Assembly (NCBI GenBank): GCA_964291655.2
Contig: OZ219802.1
Coordinates: 1,440,001 to 1,504,000, forward strand
DNA: 64,000 bases
Direction of reading: 5' to 3'
Source of the DNA: Chloroflexota bacterium
GTDB lineage: Bacteria > Chloroflexota > UBA11872 > VXOZ01
Shown here: in pieces, positions 50,352 to 60,477 of the stretch
Layout: each line of letters starts with the position of its first letter
How positions within the stretch are numbered: position 1 is the stretch's first letter
Notes under the pieces: model-generated
Seen by the model: only the letters and a program-made list of their open reading frames with translations
What the model was told of the DNA's origin: nothing
The model's database searches: none
Translations under genes and position numbers: made by a program

Positions 50352-50537
50352 GGCGCATGTTTGATCCGGCATCTTCCCGCCCCCCTGCACGAGAAATACC
50401 CTGTCTTCTCATCCAGGCAGGAATGCCGCATGCCAGGAACTAGATTCCGGCTTGCGCCGGAATGACGGTCCTTGCATACCGTGTGTTGCTTCTCCGACGC
50501 GCTCGTCCCATTGGATGCAGCATGGCGCCGTCCCGGT

Positions 50538-51533
50538 CTATGCGTCCAGGTAAACGGTCTTGCCGCTTGCCGACGCCTCGTAAATTCCCTGCACGATGGC
50601 CACGGCCCGCTTGCCGTCCTCGCCGGTGACGCTTGGCGCGCGCGCTTCCAGGATGCTCGCCACGAACTCGCCGTCCTCCCGTATGAACTGGCTGCGGTCG
50701 CGGGGGAATGTCAGCGTCTCCCACTCCTCGTCATCCGCTCCCGCTACCCTAAGGTGCCGCCAGGTCGCAATCTCCATGGCGCCGTTTGAACCCGTCACCT
50801 CGGCGCGGCAGCGGCCCATCGTGGGCGTCGCAATCAACGAGATTTCCATGGTCGCCGTGGCGCCGTTCGCGAATTCGAGATGCGCCACTCCGTGGTCCTC
50901 GCCTTCGGTGCGCGCGCCGTAATGGCCCACGCGGGCGGTGATCGCCGTCACCTCCGACCCGATCCACCAGCGCAGCCGGTCGGCGCTGTGCACGCCGTTA
51001 TCCATGAAGACACCGCCGCCGGCCAGGGCGCGCACGCCGCGCCAGGCCAAGTCCTTATGGCGGGTCGCGCCGATGACGGAGTCGTGAATGTGGAGCACGT
51101 CCCCAATCGCCCCCGCGCGCAGCAGCTCCATGGCCCGCAGGTGCTCATGTATGAATCGGTGCGTATGGCCCACCATGAGGTTTACATCGGCTTCCCGGCA
51201 CGCCGCAATGATGGCATCGCACTCGGCAACGGTCACCCCCAGCGGCTTTTCGGAGAGCACGTGCTTGCCCGCCTGCGCCGCAGCGATTGCGGCTGGACCG
51301 TGCAACGCGTGGGGCAGGCAGATAATGACCGCATCTACCGCCGGATTGTCCAGCACGGCGCGGTAGTCGGTCTCCGCTTGCGGGACGTCATACGCAGCCG
51401 CGAATTCGCGTACAGCTTCTGCTCTGACATCCGCCGCCGCCACGATCCGCGCTTGGGGAACGGCGGCCAGCCCGCGCGCGTGGGACTGCGCAATGCCCCC
51501 GGTACCCGCAAAGCCGACGTTCACAACATCCAT
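50538..51533 (-). CDS. Gfo/Idh/MocA family oxidoreductase
   Basis: GFAGTGG, SEKP, GGGVFMDNGVH. Confidence 0.92.
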   Translation of the reverse strand: MDVVNVGFAGTGGIAQSHARGLAAVPQARIVAAADVRAEAVREFAAAYDVPQAETDYRAVLDNPAVDAVIICLPHALHGPAAIAAAQAGKHVLSEKPLGVTVAECDAIIAACREADVNLMVGHTHRFIHEHLRAMELLRAGAIGDVLHIHDSVIGATRHKDLAWRGVRALAGGGVFMDNGVHSADRLRWWIGSEVTAITARVGHYGARTEGEDHGVAHLEFANGATATMEISLIATPTMGRCRAEVTGSNGAMEIATWRHLRVAGADDEEWETLTFPRDRSQFIREDGEFVASILEARAPSVTGEDGKRAVAIVQGIYEASASGKTVYLDA

Positions 51534-51695
51534 GTAGACAACTCCTTCATTCTTGGTCCGCAGCCCGCACCCGCACTAGTGCCGGGATGCGAACGATGCG
51601 GAATGTGTGCACGCAGGGCATGCTTATGTTGCCCGTCACTTGCTTCGTACGCTCTCGTCTCATTCTATACGTGCTCCCTGTACGTCTGCACTGCA

Positions 51696-51704
51696 TGGTA
51701 TACT
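51696..51704 (+). promoter_or_regulatory. Extended -10 promoter of the thi operon
   Basis: TG-G-TATACT about 30 nt before the riboswitch. Confidence 0.55.
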
Positions 51705-51734
51705 GAAGCCGTCTTACTGGCGTGATTTTCCTCG

Positions 51735-51890
51735 CGCCGCTCGAGCCACTAGGGAAGCCGCATGGTCGAGAGCCTCCGCACAGACGGGGGCAACCCTTGG
51801 AACCTGACCCGGATCATGCCATTAGTCTAGAGGTTGCCAGTGATCTGGTAGATGCCAGCGATCTGGAAAATGCCAGCGGAGAAAAGCGGC
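51735..51890 (+). ncRNA. TPP riboswitch (atypical)
   Basis: aggg..gagag..acccttggaacctga..gatctggaaaatgccagcggag, upstream of thiG. Confidence 0.75.
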
Positions 51891-52024
51891 AGCACACGAA
51901 GACGCCGCTGCAAATCGCTTTCCTTACCTATGCAGCAGTTTTTCGTGTTGAGTGGGGCGAGGGTGGAAGCGCGTGACAGGCACACTCCTTCGCTTCAGTT
52001 ACAGCATGTGAAAAAGGAACGGAA

Positions 52025-52801
52025 ATGACAGACGCGCTTGAAATAGCGGGGAAGCAATTCACGTCGCGGCTGATGATTGGTACCGGCAAATACCGCACGC
52101 CTGCAGAGATGGTGCAAGCCATCGAGGCATCCGGAGCCGAGATTATTACCGTGGCGATACGACGCCTCGATCTCAGCAATCCCTCGGAGAAGACGATTCT
52201 CGATCACATCGATTGGGACCGCTACACGATCTTGCCGAACACGGCCGGCGCCCGCACCGCGGACGAAGCGATTGTGACCTCTAAGTTGGCGCGGGAACTC
52301 ACGGGTTCGGACTGGGTCAAGCTGGAAGTGCAGCCGGACCCGGCTTCGCTCTTGCCGGACCCGGTGGATACGCTCCATGCCGCCGAGGCGCTCGTCAAGG
52401 ATGGCTTTGTCGTGCTGCCGTACATTCACGCCGATCCAATTCTGGCGCGGCGCTTGGAGGACGTGGGTTGCGCCACCGTGATGCCCCTCGGCTCGCCGAT
52501 CGGATCCGGCCAAGGCATCTTTACGCGGGAAGAGATCGAATTGATCGTCGAGCAGGCCAACGTGCCCGTGGTCGTGGACGCCGGGCTCGCCGTGCCGTCC
52601 GAAGCCTCCCAGTCACTGGAAATCGGGGCGGACGCCGTGCTCATCAACACGGCAATTGCCCGCGCTGCCGACCCGGTGCTCATGGCGGAAGGCTTCCGTC
52701 TCGGCGTCGAGGCCGGACGCAAAGCCTACCTTGCCGGACGCATCGCGCAGCAGAAATTCGCCACCCCCAGCAGTCCGGTAGCGGGAGTCGTCCACGCCTA
52801 G
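52025..52801 (+). CDS. thiG: Thiazole synthase
   Basis: [32 protein letters not shown]. Confidence 0.97.
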   Translation: MTDALEIAGKQFTSRLMIGTGKYRTPAEMVQAIEASGAEIITVAIRRLDLSNPSEKTILDHIDWDRYTILPNTAGARTADEAIVTSKLARELTGSDWVKLEVQPDPASLLPDPVDTLHAAEALVKDGFVVLPYIHADPILARRLEDVGCATVMPLGSPIGSGQGIFTREEIELIVEQANVPVVVDAGLAVPSEASQSLEIGADAVLINTAIARAADPVLMAEGFRLGVEAGRKAYLAGRIAQQKFATPSSPVAGVVHA

Positions 52802-52821
52802 CCAGGCCGGTCTCACGCCGC

Positions 52822-53538
52822 ATGAAACCCCAACTGCCATACCCCTGCCTCACGCTCATTACGCGCCTCAGCGCGCCGCAGGGCGTTGCGCCGCCGGATT
52901 CGGGTCCCGCACGGCGACCCGGCTTCCCTATGCTTACGCGGAATCCGCTTGCGAGCACGCTCATCCAGCGAGTCCGGGAAGGCGTGGAGGGCGGTGTACG
53001 CGTGGTGCAGGTGCGGGAGAAAGAGTCATTCGCCAAGGACCTGTACACCCTTGCACAGCAATTGCGGCACATCACCGCGGACCGCGCGCTCTTGCTCATC
53101 AACGACCGCATCGACGTTGCCCTTGCCGTCGGCGCGGATGGAGTCCACTTACCTGAAGACGGCCTGCCCGTGCAGGCGGCGCGCCGCTTGCTGGGCGAGG
53201 ACAAACTGATCGGCTGTTCCGTGCATAACGTCGCCAGCGCCCTGCAGTGTGCACAGGCCGGCGCGGACTTCGTGCACGTCGGCACACTGTATGCGACGGA
53301 CTCCAAGCCGGGACGCATACCGGCCGGGCCGCAGTTGGTGCGTGACGTGGCGGCGGCAGTCGACATTCCCGTTATCGGGGTGGGAGGCATTTCGGCGCAG
53401 AACGCGCCAACCGTTATGGCAGCCGGCGCTCACGGCGTGGCCGTAATCAGCGCCCTGCTCGACGCTCCTGATACATCCGAGGCGGCACACGAGCTGACCA
53501 GCGCCCTTGCGGAGCGGGCACAGGTGCGACCGCAATGA
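52822..53538 (+). CDS. thiE: Thiamine-phosphate synthase
   Basis: VQVREK, INDRIDVA..ADGVHL, GCSVH, T.SK, VGGI. Confidence 0.92.
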   Translation: MKPQLPYPCLTLITRLSAPQGVAPPDSGPARRPGFPMLTRNPLASTLIQRVREGVEGGVRVVQVREKESFAKDLYTLAQQLRHITADRALLLINDRIDVALAVGADGVHLPEDGLPVQAARRLLGEDKLIGCSVHNVASALQCAQAGADFVHVGTLYATDSKPGRIPAGPQLVRDVAAAVDIPVIGVGGISAQNAPTVMAAGAHGVAVISALLDAPDTSEAAHELTSALAERAQVRPQ

Positions 53539-53909
53539 CGGCAGATAAGCGAATCCCCCATACTGAAGCGGTACAACCGCAGACGGCGCGCATTCGCATC
53601 AGGGTGAACGGGGAAGACCGGCGGTTGGCTGCACGTACGGCACTGGCTACCTTCCTCACAACACAAGATGTGCCGGCGCAATTCGTCGCCGTGGCCGTGA
53701 ACAATGAGGTAGTCCGACGCGCCGACCACCCCCGCGTCATACTCCAAGATGGCGACGTCGTGGAGATCGTCCGCATGGTCGGCGGAGGCTGCGGCCGGCA
53801 GGACAAGACGCGTTCTGCCCCGGCTACCGCGCACATTGACCCCGGCCGGGGTGCGCACCAAGAAGACCCGTATCCATGCCGGCAGAAAGCGCAGGGGCAA
53901 TGTCCATGA
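53535..53909 (+). CDS. thiS: Sulfur carrier ThiS with C-terminal extension
   Basis: VNGE, VAVAVNNEVV, GDVVEIVRMVGGG, then 39 further residues. Confidence 0.88.
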   Translation: MTADKRIPHTEAVQPQTARIRIRVNGEDRRLAARTALATFLTTQDVPAQFVAVAVNNEVVRRADHPRVILQDGDVVEIVRMVGGGCGRQDKTRSAPATAHIDPGRGAHQEDPYPCRQKAQGQCP

Positions 53910-55015
53910 CGACTGAGGTCGCCATCGTCGGCGGCGGCATCATTGGCTGCGCGCTCGCGTATGCCTTGGCCAAAGATGGTGTGCGGGTAGCCGTCTTCGA
54001 GCAGGAGCGCGTCGGCGGCCAGGCGCGCATCGCCGCGGCCGGCATCTTGGGGGCCGGTGTAGAAGGGGACACCAAGAGCCCGCAATCCAATCTGGCCGCG
54101 CAATCGGCCAAACTCTACCCCGCCTTTGCAGCCGAGCTTGAGGCCGTCACCGGGCTGGACGCTACCTACACGCGTTCCGGCGCGCTCACCATCGTATTTG
54201 GCAAGACACAAGCCATGTTTCTCGAACACCAGGCCGGCGTGCTTGCCGCAGAGGGACAGCGCGTTGCCTGGCTTGAGCCCGTCACCCTGCAAGCGACTGA
54301 GCCGTTGCTCTCCACTAAAGCGCGGGGCGCGCTCTTCTTCCAAGACGATGCTCACGTCTACGCGCCGCAACTCATGCACGTGCTCACACTGGCGGCTGTA
54401 GCCCAGGGTGTGACACTACACGAGTACACGCCGGTGCATAGCTTCCTCACCGCCGGTGAGCGCGTCACCGGTTTGCAAACGGCTGCGGGTCCCGTGCACG
54501 CCGATCACGTCGTCATCGCCGCCGGAGCGTGGAGCCGGTCCCTCGGCGACCATTTGGGCATCAGCCTACCGCTAAAGCCGACCCGCGGCCAGGTGATGGT
54601 GCTGGAGACGTACGACCGCCCGCTGCGGCGCGTGGTCTTTGGCGCCGGCGGCTACCTGGCGCCGAAGCAGGACGGACGCATCGTCGTCGGCGCCACGGAA
54701 GAAGACGCGGGTTTCGAGCGCGAGAATACCGCCGGCGGCGTGGCGTTTCTGGTCAAGCTATTGCAGAGGCTCGCCCCCAACCTCGTGGACGCGCGCGTGC
54801 ACCACTTTGGGGTAGGACTGCGGCCCACGCCGTCCGACAGACTGCCGCTGCTGGGACCGGTCGCGCACTGGCCGGGCCTCTGGGTCGCCGCCGGCCACCA
54901 CCGCAACGGCATCCTGCTCGCCCCCATTACCGCGCAACTCATGCGCAACGCCATACTGGATGGCGACCTGGCGCCGCTGGAACCGTATGCTCCCGATCGC
55001 TTTGCCGCGCAGTGA
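53906..55015 (+). CDS. thiO: Glycine oxidase
   Basis: IVGGGIIG, AAGIL, P.RGQ, GLRP, GHHRNGILLAP. Confidence 0.92.
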   Translation: MTTEVAIVGGGIIGCALAYALAKDGVRVAVFEQERVGGQARIAAAGILGAGVEGDTKSPQSNLAAQSAKLYPAFAAELEAVTGLDATYTRSGALTIVFGKTQAMFLEHQAGVLAAEGQRVAWLEPVTLQATEPLLSTKARGALFFQDDAHVYAPQLMHVLTLAAVAQGVTLHEYTPVHSFLTAGERVTGLQTAAGPVHADHVVIAAGAWSRSLGDHLGISLPLKPTRGQVMVLETYDRPLRRVVFGAGGYLAPKQDGRIVVGATEEDAGFERENTAGGVAFLVKLLQRLAPNLVDARVHHFGVGLRPTPSDRLPLLGPVAHWPGLWVAAGHHRNGILLAPITAQLMRNAILDGDLAPLEPYAPDRFAAQ

Positions 55016-55091
55016 GCAGCCGCAGTGCCGTGTGAACACCGGGCATTCTGTTGTATGCGGCATGTTCGGATGAGTTTGGAAAGGTAGACGC

Positions 55092-56102
55092 ATGTCAGAA
55101 CAGCACCCAGACGCGCCGCCGGCATCCAACGACACGCTGACGCTTGAACCGCAGACCGCGTTTAGCGGCCCAATGCTATCGTTCCACTTTCCCGGCCTGG
55201 CGATTGGCGTCGCCGAGTACGAGGCGGGCCCAACCGGCTGCACGGTATTCCAATTCGGCCATAGCGCCGTCGCCGCCGTAGACATTCGCGGCGGGGCGCA
55301 CGCGACACTTTACACCGAAGCGCTGCAAAACGGTGAAGGCAAGCTGGATGCCATTTGCCTGGCCGGCGGCTCGTTCTACGGCCTGGAAGCCGCGACGGGC
55401 GTGGCGGCGGAATTGCTCGCTCAACGCGCTTACTCGCCCCATTGGGGCAACATCGCCCTCGTATCCGGCGCGATCATCTATGACTTCGGGCCACGCGACA
55501 ATGCCATATATCCGGACAAAGCCCTGGGTCGCGCGGCGCTCAAGGCGGCGCGACCGGGAGTCTTTCCGTTGGGCCCACGGGGCGCGGGACGCTCGGCGAC
55601 GGTGGGCAAGTGGCTGCAGAAGCCCTATCGCAGCGAGGCCGCGGGACAGGGCGGCGCGTTTCGTGAAGTCGCTGGCGTGAAAGTGGCCGTCTTCACGGTG
55701 GTGAATGCCGTGGGCGCCATAGTCGACCGCCAGGGACGGGTGGTGCGGGGCTCGTTGCATCCGGAGACAGGTGAACGCCCGCGCGTGGCTGACGCCGGTT
55801 TGCCACCGCCGCCCCCACAGGGGAACACCACGCTCACCGTCGTGGTCACGAATCAGATCCTCGGAGGCTGGTCGCTGCGGCAGCTTGCCCGCCACGTCCA
55901 CTCGTCCATGGCGCGGGCCATCGAGCCACTGCACACCATCTCCGACGGCGACGTGCTCTATGCGGTGACCACCAACGAGATAGCGCAACAAGACGGATTA
56001 AACGAATACGTGCTTGGCGTGCTTGCCTCCGAGACCGCCTGGGACGCGGTGCTCGCGTCGTACAACGACGACGGCCAGGAAAGTCTTGATGAGGACTTCT
56101 AG
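55092..56102 (+). CDS. P1/S58 (DmpA-like) peptidase
   Basis: TGCTV, DIRGG, AGGS.YGL, GN|TT cleavage site, DGD. Confidence 0.88.
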   Translation: MSEQHPDAPPASNDTLTLEPQTAFSGPMLSFHFPGLAIGVAEYEAGPTGCTVFQFGHSAVAAVDIRGGAHATLYTEALQNGEGKLDAICLAGGSFYGLEAATGVAAELLAQRAYSPHWGNIALVSGAIIYDFGPRDNAIYPDKALGRAALKAARPGVFPLGPRGAGRSATVGKWLQKPYRSEAAGQGGAFREVAGVKVAVFTVVNAVGAIVDRQGRVVRGSLHPETGERPRVADAGLPPPPPQGNTTLTVVVTNQILGGWSLRQLARHVHSSMARAIEPLHTISDGDVLYAVTTNEIAQQDGLNEYVLGVLASETAWDAVLASYNDDGQESLDEDF

Positions 56103-56208
56103 CAGGAGAGCAGCAAGTGAACTTAATACGCCCACACTGTGTAGGCCAGTGGACGCTGAGCCAGCGGCGTATCCCAGGCGACAAGTACCAAATTCCAAAT
56201 GTCACTCC

Positions 56209-56462
56209 TGTAAGTGTTGAGTAATTCGTTGACAGAATCCGCTTTCCATTCTGAGGAGTTGACGGTTCATGTCATTCCGAGCGCAGCGAGGAATCTAGAG
56301 TCAATGTCGAACATGGTCCATATGGCACAGTACTCTAGATTCCGCGCTAAGAGCGACACTTCGCTGCGCTTCGTTCGGAATGACATATGTACTTGTCATG
56401 TCTAGCACTGCGGAAGGTTGCTTTTGTTCTCAAACCTGTCAACGAATTACCTGACATCTACA
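56209..56462. mobile_element. MITE with TGT..ACA ends carrying a REP doublet
   Basis: IRs tgtaagtgttgagtaattcgttgacag / tgtagatgtcaggtaattcgttgacag (inner 15 bp perfect); flanks actcc / attcc. Confidence 0.7.
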
Positions 56463-56759
56463 ATTCCGAGCGCAGCGAGGAATCTAGGATGCCTACCAAT
56501 CGGAATTCATTGACAATGCATCCCATGAGCCCTTACAAAACGTCACTGTCGATTCCCCGCTGAATGACGGGGATGGCCGCTGCTCCATGACTGCGAAGAC
56601 TATGCTGCGAGCTGAGTGCATGGCTTGCGCGGGAATGACGGAAGCGGTATTCGCTTGCTCTAAGATCGCAGGTGGGCTGATTCCCTGTTCTTCACCATAG
56701 TCAGGCACGCCCTTGCGTCTAAGAGAAATGTCCCGACATAGGCAATTAGCGAGCGCCAA

Positions 56760-57473
56760 TTGAGTACCACACCGACGATCGGCACCTATCAGGAGAAGTC
56801 GCTGCACGCGGCGCTTAAGGACTGGTACGCCGCGCCCGGCGACCAAGCCGAACAGCCCGTCGACGGCTACGTGATTGACCTGATTCGCGGTGACGAACTC
56901 ATCGAGATTCAGACGCGGAATTTCTCCGCCATCAAGCGTAAGCTGGCCGCGTTGCTGCCCCAACACGCGGTGCGTCTCGTGCATCCCATTCCGGCGCAAA
57001 AGTGGATCGTGCGGCTCGACCGCGACGGCGCAACCGTGCTCAGCCGCCGCCGTTCGCCCAAGCGCGGCACGGTGCTCGATGTCTTCGATGAACTTGTGAG
57101 CATCCCGCACCTCGTCACCCACCCGCGGTTTTCGTTGGAGGTGCTGCTGGTAGAGGTCGAGGAAACCCGCCAACTGGACGGCCGCGGCAGTTGGCGGCGG
57201 CGCGGCTGGAGCATTCACGACCAAGTGCTTGTCGGCATTTCATCGCAGCACCGCTTCCACGGCCCGTCTGACTTCGCCGCCCTCCTGCCTGCTACGCTGC
57301 CGGAGCCGTTTACCAGCAGCCGGCTTGCCGCCAGACTCGGCGTGCGCCACGGCCAGGGACAGAAGATCGCCTACTGCCTGCGCCACATGGGGGCAATCGA
57401 AATCGTCGGCAAGCAGGGCAACGCCTACCAATACCGGCGCGCGGTAGTGCCGATACCGAATCCGTCCGCATGA
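56760..57473 (+). CDS. Hypothetical PD-(D/E)xK-like nuclease
   Basis: EKSLH..LK, YVIDL..LIEIQT, C-terminal winged-helix-like segment. Confidence 0.7.
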   Translation: MSTTPTIGTYQEKSLHAALKDWYAAPGDQAEQPVDGYVIDLIRGDELIEIQTRNFSAIKRKLAALLPQHAVRLVHPIPAQKWIVRLDRDGATVLSRRRSPKRGTVLDVFDELVSIPHLVTHPRFSLEVLLVEVEETRQLDGRGSWRRRGWSIHDQVLVGISSQHRFHGPSDFAALLPATLPEPFTSSRLAARLGVRHGQGQKIAYCLRHMGAIEIVGKQGNAYQYRRAVVPIPNPSA

Positions 57474-57570
57474 CCGCCGCGCCATCATGGTCGAAAATTG
57501 CGGTCCGCGATTGAAAGACTGCGGCTTCACGCAAGCACTGCGCGGTGCTCATTCAGTGACCAATTAAGCG

Positions 57571-57610
57571 AGCAGGAGGGCCGGTTCGTAGTCCAGCCCT
57601 CCTGCTTTTC
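57571..57610. terminator. Terminator between convergent genes
   Basis: agcaggaggg..ccctcctgct followed by ttt. Confidence 0.7.
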
Positions 57611-57636
57611 ATTTACAATTCTTGGCGGCTCACTTC

Positions 57637-58704
57637 CTAGTCCAGCGGGAACGTCACCGGCGCGGGTGAAATCTTACCGGCTTTTTGGATGCCGACGGCG
57701 ATCTCCAGCGCGTGGCGCGCCTCGTCGCCGGTGATTGCCGGTGGCCGGTTCTCGTGGATTGCCTGCACCATGTCCTCTACCTGGACCTGGTGGCCGTTCC
57801 AGCCTTTGACCGTGGGGTCGGCGGCAGCGGTCATACGCGCGGAGTAGCCGGACTTCATCTCCTGCTCCTCCTCTTCTTCCCGGTCGCCCTGGATGCGCCA
57901 GGTGACGACACCGGCGTTCGTCAGGCAAATGGTGCCCTTCTCGCCGAAGAAGTGGAAGTTATGATCGAGCCCCGGATAGGCCGACGTGGTGAAGACCATG
58001 TTGCCGAATGACCCATTGGCAAAACGCGCGTTCACCACGGCCAGGTCTTCCGTTTCGATATCGTGGGTGAAGGTGCCAAGCTGGGCGGTCAGCGACTCCA
58101 CCGGGCCCATGATCCACTGGAGAAGATCGATGCTGTGGATGCCCTGGTTCATGGACGCGCCGCCGCCGTCGAACTTGTAGGTGCCGCGCCAACTGACCGG
58201 GCCGCCGCCGGAAAAGTACTCCGCCGTGCGCAGCCAGTAGAGCTGCACGTCGGCGTAGAAGACGCGTCCCAAACGGCCGGCAGCGATGGTCTCTTTCACT
58301 TTGGCGTAGAGCGGGTGCAGGCGCGATTGAAAGATCGCCGCCAATTTCACGCCGTTTTCATGGCACGCCGCCATCAGCGCGTCGGCCTTCTCCAGGGTGA
58401 CGTCCAGGGGTTTCTCGCAAATGACGTGCTTGCCGGCTTTTGCGGCTTGGATGCCCAACTCGGCATGGGTGCCGGTGGGGGTGCAGATGTTCACGACCTG
58501 CACGGCATCGTCGGCCAGCAGCTCAGCCACAGAGCCGTAGGCCGTGACGTTATGTTCATTCGCAAGGCCCACCGCAAACTGCGGCTCCATGTCGGCAATG
58601 CCGATCAACTCCGCCCCGGCGGCGTCTTTAATGGCCTGCGTGTGGGAGCGGGCAATGCCCCCGGCGCCGATCACGCCAAACCCAATCGCTTGCTGAGTCG
58701 CCAT
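57637..58704 (-). CDS. Gfo/Idh/MocA family oxidoreductase
   Basis: GVIGAG, CEKP, WRGT..DGGGASMNQGIH. Confidence 0.93.
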   Translation of the reverse strand: MATQQAIGFGVIGAGGIARSHTQAIKDAAGAELIGIADMEPQFAVGLANEHNVTAYGSVAELLADDAVQVVNICTPTGTHAELGIQAAKAGKHVICEKPLDVTLEKADALMAACHENGVKLAAIFQSRLHPLYAKVKETIAAGRLGRVFYADVQLYWLRTAEYFSGGGPVSWRGTYKFDGGGASMNQGIHSIDLLQWIMGPVESLTAQLGTFTHDIETEDLAVVNARFANGSFGNMVFTTSAYPGLDHNFHFFGEKGTICLTNAGVVTWRIQGDREEEEEQEMKSGYSARMTAAADPTVKGWNGHQVQVEDMVQAIHENRPPAITGDEARHALEIAVGIQKAGKISPAPVTFPLD

Positions 58705-58821
58705 GTTGCACATCTCTCCTTCTGTACACTCACTTCAGCGTCCGGCCCGCCCTTGCCACGCGGGGCGGGACATGCTTACTCACATATTGTTATTCTTCAA
58801 TTCCCGCTGAACTGCCAGCGG

Positions 58822-58961
58822 TGCTTCGACCCTTCGACAGAGCCTGCCGAAGTGCTCCGGACAGGCAAGCTCGGCACGAACGGTAGATTGCACCTAACCC
58901 TTCGCCCTGGGTCCATCCGTTTGCCCTACTTCAATCCGCTCGCCCTGAGCCTGTCGAAGGG
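58822..58961. repeat. REP family F pair, first copy triply nested
   Basis: tgcttcga[cccttcgacag[agcctgccgaagt]gctccggacagg]caagctcggcacgaacgg; ccgctcgccctgagcctgtcgaaggg. Confidence 0.8.
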
Positions 58962-59014
58962 TCGCAGGATCGCAGGGCAAGCACATGAGGGCTAATTTTG
59001 CTTCACGGCCGACC

Positions 59015-60313
59015 CTAAGCTACTTCATAGTGCTGCAGGTCTACTATCAGCGTATCGTCGCGGTGCGGGCCCACGCCCACCATGCAGATTGGCGCACCTG
59101 CTAGTTCACTTATGCGTTCCAAGTACGCCTGGGCATTGGGTGGCAGGTCATGCCATGCCCGGGCGCTGGTTGTTGGCTGCTGCCAGCCGGGAAATTCCTC
59201 ATAGATAGGCCGGGCACGTGCCATCAGGCGTGTGTCCGGTACTGTCTCATAGCGCGTGCCGTCCACGTCGTAGGCGACGCAAATCTTGAGCGTGGGCATT
59301 TGATCGAGCACGTCGATCTTGGTGACGGCAATCGACGAAAAGCCGCAGAGTTCGGCGGCGTAGCCCACGGCGACGGCATCGAACCAGCCGCAGCGGCGGG
59401 GCCGTCCCGTGGTAGCGCCGTACTCCTCACCGATTTCCCGCAGAGTCTCGCCCATTTCGCCGTCAAGATCGGTCGGCACCGGGCCTTCGCCCACCGCCGT
59501 GGTGTAGGCTTTGACCACCCCAATGATGTTGCCGATCCGATGCGGCGGCACTCCGGCTCCGGTGGCGCTACCGCCGGCTATGGGAGACGATGACGTTACA
59601 TAGGGGTATATCCCCCAATCGATGTCACGCAAGGCGCCAAGCTGGCCTTCCAGGAGGATCGTCCTATCCTCTCGCAACGCCTGCTGCACCAAGGGATGCG
59701 TATTCTTGATGTACGGTCCGAGTTGCTTGCCCCAGGCGAGGGCCTGCTCCAGCACGTCGGCGTAAGCGAGCGGCTCGTGGTCATACACACGCGTCAGGAG
59801 GCTATTCTTCGCCTCCAACACTTGCCGCAAGTATTCGCGCAAGTGTGCCGCGTCGGTCAGGTCACCCATGCGCAGCCCGATACGTGCCGCCTTGTCCGTA
59901 TAGCAGGGTCCGATGCCGCGCTTGGTCGTGCCCTGCGCGTTCTTGCCGCGCGCCTCTTCCTCAAGGCCGTCGAAGAGCACATGATAGGGCATCACCACCT
60001 GCGCTCGTTCGGATATGTGAACGTGACTAGGAGCAGTTTCCAGGCCCGCGTCGTTCAGCATCTTCATTTCCGCTAGGAATGACTGCGGATTGATCGCCAT
60101 GCCCGTGCCGAGCACATTGTGCACATGCGGGTAGAATACCCCGCATGGAAAGAGATGCAACGCAAACTTGCCATGGCTGTTTACAACCGTATGACCTGCG
60201 TTATCCCCACCTTGGTACCGAACTACCATGTGGGCCTGCGAGGCCAGGAAATCCACCACGCGCCCTTTGCCCTCATCACCCCACTGGGCTCCAACCACGG
60301 CTGTAACTGGCAT
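59015..60313 (-). CDS. purA: Adenylosuccinate synthetase
   Basis: GAQWGDEGKG, GGDNAGHT, GATTGRPRRCGW. Confidence 0.97.
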   Translation of the reverse strand: MPVTAVVGAQWGDEGKGRVVDFLASQAHMVVRYQGGDNAGHTVVNSHGKFALHLFPCGVFYPHVHNVLGTGMAINPQSFLAEMKMLNDAGLETAPSHVHISERAQVVMPYHVLFDGLEEEARGKNAQGTTKRGIGPCYTDKAARIGLRMGDLTDAAHLREYLRQVLEAKNSLLTRVYDHEPLAYADVLEQALAWGKQLGPYIKNTHPLVQQALREDRTILLEGQLGALRDIDWGIYPYVTSSSPIAGGSATGAGVPPHRIGNIIGVVKAYTTAVGEGPVPTDLDGEMGETLREIGEEYGATTGRPRRCGWFDAVAVGYAAELCGFSSIAVTKIDVLDQMPTLKICVAYDVDGTRYETVPDTRLMARARPIYEEFPGWQQPTTSARAWHDLPPNAQAYLERISELAGAPICMVGVGPHRDDTLIVDLQHYEVA

Positions 60314-60477
60314 GGATGCCTCCCTCAACACAAGCTAAACCAAGCCGTTCGTTTAGCAGAAAGACCGAACCCCGGCATCACCGGCGTGATGCGCCATTCC
60401 TTATGGTACCCTATGCCCGCGTGCCGGACAAACCACCCGTCTTGACAGGGAGACTCGCCATGTAGCGCGGGCAAAGA

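Noticed and set aside
52870-52950. Repeat-derived insertion in the ThiE N-terminus
   Set aside because: An extra Pro-rich segment with weak inverted repeats, but no convincing match to any REP family here.
56760-57473. Nuclease as the REP-mobilising enzyme
   Set aside because: REPs lie on one side only and there is no HUH or GIY-YIG motif; adjacency alone is insufficient.
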